From positions 1 through 54,396 of the forward strand of contig JBMFOB010000008.1 in assembly GCA_049969855.1 (NCBI GenBank): a stretch of DNA of 54,396 nucleotides. The letters run 5' to 3'. Made by a program: the position numbers and the translations under genes. The DNA comes from Candidatus Bathyarchaeia archaeon (GTDB lineage Archaea > Thermoproteota > Bathyarchaeia > Bathyarchaeales > Bathycorpusculaceae). Positions 50,821 through 54,396 of this stretch are shown here, in pieces (the stretch's first letter is position 1; every line of letters starts with the position of its first letter). Under the pieces are notes generated by a model. That model was not told where the DNA came from, did not search any database, and saw nothing but the letters and a program-made list of their open reading frames with translations.

Positions 50821-51659
50821 CTTTTAGCTCTTACAATAACTACTGGTTTATGTTTTACCGTTTCAAGCATCTCCCAGCTTACTTCATTCAATCCAACTTT
50901 AAATTTTTCCGCCATATCCCAAACTGTTCTTCCAGCTCCAAAACCTCTCGAACGATTTGCAATTTCAGCTATTTCCAATGCATTTTCAGCCGGCATTTTA
51001 CATCCAACCACTGCTATGGGCGTTGCTCTTTTCTTAAATTTAAACATGCGCCCAATAACATAAGCGATAAACCCTCCAAAGGAATGGATGCCTTTAATCG
51101 GTTTTGGGCGAGGTGTGAAATGAAAATTTCTGAATGAAAAAGTTTTATCAGTATCCACAATTATCACAGAAACTTTTTTTCCTAATCGCAGCCACATTTG
51201 CTTGCGTATCTCTTCAGCTATGCCAAAAGCATCGTTTAAAGGCAAACTCACATAAGAATAAGCTAAATTGCTTCCATCTATGCCGCCCTCAGAGCCGAAC
51301 ATTAAAGCCTGCAAAAAACCAGCATAATGTAAGGCAACTTGTTTGTGGCGACTTCCCATTTCTAATGGGTACTCTCGCATATAATGGAGCAGTTTTCCGC
51401 GGAAATGGCATAATGGTCCAAGAAAATAACCCCAGACTATTCGCATCCAATATTTAGAAATCAATCTTGCGCTTAATTTTGGTTTAACATTGCTTTCGTC
51501 AACGATGTTTCTTGATGCAGTTGAAATCGCCTTTTCTGATACTACAACAAAATCTCCGTCGCTTATTCTGCCCCTAACGCCTTTTCTAATCTCTTCTATG
51601 TAATTTTCTCCAGGTCTCCAATATTTTGTAGTTATAGCTAAAACTTTGTATTTAACCAT
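50817..51659 (-). CDS. CofE-like gamma-glutamyl ligase family protein
   Basis: VVVSEKAIS, GGIDGSN, IVDTD, HKPVVIVR. Confidence 0.75.
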   Translation of the reverse strand: MVKYKVLAITTKYWRPGENYIEEIRKGVRGRISDGDFVVVSEKAISTASRNIVDESNVKPKLSARLISKYWMRIVWGYFLGPLCHFRGKLLHYMREYPLEMGSRHKQVALHYAGFLQALMFGSEGGIDGSNLAYSYVSLPLNDAFGIAEEIRKQMWLRLGKKVSVIIVDTDKTFSFRNFHFTPRPKPIKGIHSFGGFIAYVIGRMFKFKKRATPIAVVGCKMPAENALEIAEIANRSRGFGAGRTVWDMAEKFKVGLNEVSWEMLETVKHKPVVIVRAKR

Positions 51660-51692
51660 ACTAACGCACTAATTTTAAACGCTGGGGGGCGC

Positions 51693-52391
51693 TCACAAGG
51701 TTCTGAATTGTTTCTTTATTTCTTCAATATTGCATTCTGGCGGTTTCATTTTTCCCTCTGGACAGTAGCCTAATTCAACGCAGGATGGTCCAGCATTTTC
51801 AAACAATATTGGCGCAGCCTTTTTTGCTTGTTTAAGCATTTCAATTGCCACTTCTCTTATTTCCCATTGGGAACGCATGCAACATCGCAAATTGAAAAAA
51901 TGGCGAAGTTCACGGGCGTTCATGGTTACAATTATGTTTGTTTTGGCAGCGTTTGGAAGAATAAACCTTGCATCCTCTTTTGGGACTCCCAATGTTAAAA
52001 GTTTCGTGTATGTTTCAGAAATTTTCTCTAAGGTTTCATCGAAGATTTTTTTTGCTTCGGCTTTGTTTGCTATGCTTTGCGGCGTTACATACTTTTCCAA
52101 AGTGTCATAGGTTACATAGCGTTGGCTTTGCTGCGTGTATGATGCAATCCTATGCCTAACAAGCTGATGGGTCATGGCTCTGGAAACGCCTTCAATGCTG
52201 AAAGTGAAAGACGCATGTTCAATTACTGAAACATGACCATAGCCTGTAACCCGCTTTATAATGCGCTTAGCTGTTTCTTCATCCATTTTCTCAAAGATTT
52301 CTGAGGGGCTTCCGCTTTTTGATGATGTTAAGGCTGCAGTTCCGCATAGAAGTTCTGCGTCCGCAGTATAGCGAAGAAGCTTAACCTTCAA
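51693..52391 (-). CDS. thyX: Flavin-dependent thymidylate synthase
   Basis: GHVSVIEH, HQLVRHRIASYTQQSQRY, EDAR, NAREL.HF..LR, SQWEIR. Confidence 0.97.
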   Translation of the reverse strand: MKVKLLRYTADAELLCGTAALTSSKSGSPSEIFEKMDEETAKRIIKRVTGYGHVSVIEHASFTFSIEGVSRAMTHQLVRHRIASYTQQSQRYVTYDTLEKYVTPQSIANKAEAKKIFDETLEKISETYTKLLTLGVPKEDARFILPNAAKTNIIVTMNARELRHFFNLRCCMRSQWEIREVAIEMLKQAKKAAPILFENAGPSCVELGYCPEGKMKPPECNIEEIKKQFRTL

Positions 52392-52463
52392 TTTTTTGAC
52401 CTCACTTCACTTTAGCATGAAAGTAATAAATTTGTTTTGTGCAAAAGCCTATGGAGGCATTGA

Positions 52464-53087
52464 TTGTTGAGGGTAAAGAAAACTGTTGACTACATAAACG
52501 AATTACGTTTAAGCGATAACGAAGAGAAAAGATTGCTTGGGAATAAACTTGCAGTTCAATACGCAAAGTGGACAAAGACGCTTAACTTGCAAGACTTCTT
52601 AGATTTCACCAAATTTATACAAGAAAATAAGGCTGAAATAGGCGTTGCACAATTTTTCGGGAAATTTCGCGCCTACGCCTTCGAAGAGTACATTTACCAT
52701 TTACTCCAAGCCAAAATTCGCCTTCCCAAGCGTTTGAAGATTTTTTGGGGAGAAAAGTGTCTGGTTTGGCGAAAGGAAGATGAGAGCTATGCTATGGAGT
52801 TTGATGTTTCCATAGGCAAGAAAATGAACGGTTTAGTTGAGCCAACAATTGTTTTTGATGCTAAAGTGGAACTTGACTCTGCAAGGTTAAAAACAGCTCT
52901 AGCATCCTTCGTCATCTTAAAGCGTTGGAATTCTGATGTTAAATGTCTCCTAGTTTACGTGGTTAAAAATGTGGATTCTGCTCTCTTAGAATTAGCCAAT
53001 CATTGGATTGATGGAGTTTTTCGTTTAAGCCTTGAAAAGGATGAGACAAGGGCTTTGCTTGATTATGTTGCTAAATGTTTCAGTTAA
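52464..53087 (+). CDS. Hypothetical protein, possible PD-(D/E)xK nuclease fold
   Basis: AFEEYI...EFDVSIG...IVFDAKVELD; GGAGG RBS at 52453-52457. Confidence 0.55.
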   Translation: MLRVKKTVDYINELRLSDNEEKRLLGNKLAVQYAKWTKTLNLQDFLDFTKFIQENKAEIGVAQFFGKFRAYAFEEYIYHLLQAKIRLPKRLKIFWGEKCLVWRKEDESYAMEFDVSIGKKMNGLVEPTIVFDAKVELDSARLKTALASFVILKRWNSDVKCLLVYVVKNVDSALLELANHWIDGVFRLSLEKDETRALLDYVAKCFS

Positions 53088-53089
53088 TG

Positions 53090-54127
53090 TTAAATGTGTG
53101 CGTATATGCGGTCTGCCGTGTATCTTCCACTTTCCATTTCCCTCTCTATCTCACGCAACAAAAGTATTCGCTTAAACGTGGGCGGGTGTGTCGCAAACCA
53201 CGTGTTAATTTTCACCCATGTAGATTTGGCTTCTTTCTCCATGGCAATTTCCAATTCTCTCTCGTCAAGCACTCCATCCTTGTCTAAGTCATATTCCTCT
53301 TTTTTCTCTATTATCGGTTGAATCTCCTGTTTCGCCATCGCCGGGTCTTCAATATAGAAGGCTCTGGCTCCTGATGTTGGCTTCGGCGAAAGCGACAATC
53401 CATAAGTAATCTTTGTTAATGCACTTTCCAAGTTTCGAGGCGAACCAGTAACATAGGCTGAGTATGCATCTGCATAATGTTCTCTGAGTCTGCTAAGTCT
53501 CATAACGCATAAAAGCGAAATTATGTAAACCACGTAAGAGATTATTGCAATAGCGAAAAAAGCTGCTTTTATGCTGCTTTCTTCCTTCTTCTTTGATGAT
53601 GCAGGCGCCCATATTGCTGCTTCCCATGTTCCCCGTGCAATCAAATAGGCAAGTAATGGAAGTGCCGAAACAATAGTCATTACTATGTAATCCTTATGTT
53701 TAATATGGCCTAACTCATGACCAATTACGCCTTTGATTTCTGCTTCGTTTAATTTCTTTAAAAGTCCTTCATGAACTGCTAGGGTGGCGCTGTTGGCTGT
53801 TCTTCCAAAAACGAAAGCGTTAGGCGTTTCATCTGGCACAACTGCTAGTTTTGGCATTGGTATGCCGCTTTTGTCTGCCAATTCTTTCACCGTGGATTCA
53901 AGCCATGGATTTTCGCCAGGTTTCAGATATTGCAAGCGTGTGGAAGCGCTGACTATCGCTGGTCCTATGAGGTATTGGAGTAGTATAAAGAGTATTGTGC
54001 CTATCACAGCGTAAACCAGAGAAAGCTGAACAATGAACATTATTGCTGATAGGAATAAGGCGAAGATTAGGGCTACAAAAAATATTGACGTTCCCATTGC
54101 AAGCTTTAACTCGCCAAGTCTCGCCAT
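53090..54127 (-). CDS. htpX: Zinc metalloprotease HtpX (M48)
   Basis: PNAFVFG, GHELGH, SRLREHYAD, ATHPP. Confidence 0.95.
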   Translation of the reverse strand: MARLGELKLAMGTSIFFVALIFALFLSAIMFIVQLSLVYAVIGTILFILLQYLIGPAIVSASTRLQYLKPGENPWLESTVKELADKSGIPMPKLAVVPDETPNAFVFGRTANSATLAVHEGLLKKLNEAEIKGVIGHELGHIKHKDYIVMTIVSALPLLAYLIARGTWEAAIWAPASSKKKEESSIKAAFFAIAIISYVVYIISLLCVMRLSRLREHYADAYSAYVTGSPRNLESALTKITYGLSLSPKPTSGARAFYIEDPAMAKQEIQPIIEKKEEYDLDKDGVLDERELEIAMEKEAKSTWVKINTWFATHPPTFKRILLLREIEREMESGRYTADRIYAHI

Positions 54128-54208
54128 AACATTCCCATACTGTTCAAATGACGAAGGCTGATTTAATTAAAGCTTTCTAAAACGTGGGCTTTTTCATCGC
54201 AATTTGGC

Positions 54209-54234
54209 GAAAGTGGATTCAGAATCCGACTTTC
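54209..54234. promoter_or_regulatory. Near-perfect palindrome in a divergent promoter region (putative operator)
   Basis: GAAAGT-GGATTC-A-GAATCC-G-ACTTTC. Confidence 0.5.
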
Positions 54235-54323
54235 AAATATAGAAAATCCATACTCAAAATTCACACCCATTAAATACTCCACACTTAACAAATTTAAAGT
54301 GAAGGTGTTGTTGAGGTTTAAGC

Positions 54324-54396
54324 ATGAACAAAAAATATCGATGCATCATCGAGGTGGAAGTCCCAAACGGCTCAAAAGGTTGGCAGGAAGTAGCAA
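54324..54396 (+). CDS. 5' start of an unknown CDS cut by the window edge
   Basis: GAGGT RBS then MNKKYRCIIEVEVPNGSKGWQEVA, open to the edge. Confidence 0.5.
   Translation, partial: MNKKYRCIIEVEVPNGSKGWQEVA

Overview
This is a gene-dense archaeal chromosome segment, most consistent with Bathyarchaeia (TACK/Thermoproteota). That placement is inferred from archaeal-type ThrRS, TFE, NAC and MBF1, GGTG/GGAGG ribosome-binding sites, a tRNA with a non-canonical BHB intron, and DUF5752- and DUF3227-like proteins. It holds about 50 CDS. These include a surface-glycan operon, tRNA-Val(TAC) with a 25/26 intron, the mbf1-hflX-trm56-tfe operon, thrS/proS, amino-acid catabolism genes (ilvE, aminotransferase, tdh-kbl, a DAO-family flavoprotein), two tungsten oxidoreductases (FOR-like and WOR5-like), tldD/pmbA, an alpha-glucan cluster next to pgk and a bacterial-type gap, and gcvH, ino1, acdA, thyX and htpX. 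I saw no CRISPR array, rRNA or mobile element. The top finding is at the mbf1-hflX junction. The conserved HflX N-terminus has no ATG/GTG/TTG start and lies in the -1 frame of the mbf1 3' end. There an A-CGA-AAG sequence has a GGAGG 14 nt upstream and a stem-loop 8 nt downstream. This fits either a programmed -1 frameshift giving an MBF1-HflX fusion or an ACG start; a single T>C change in an ATGA overlap is the null explanation. All family calls come from motif recognition by eye, not from database searches.
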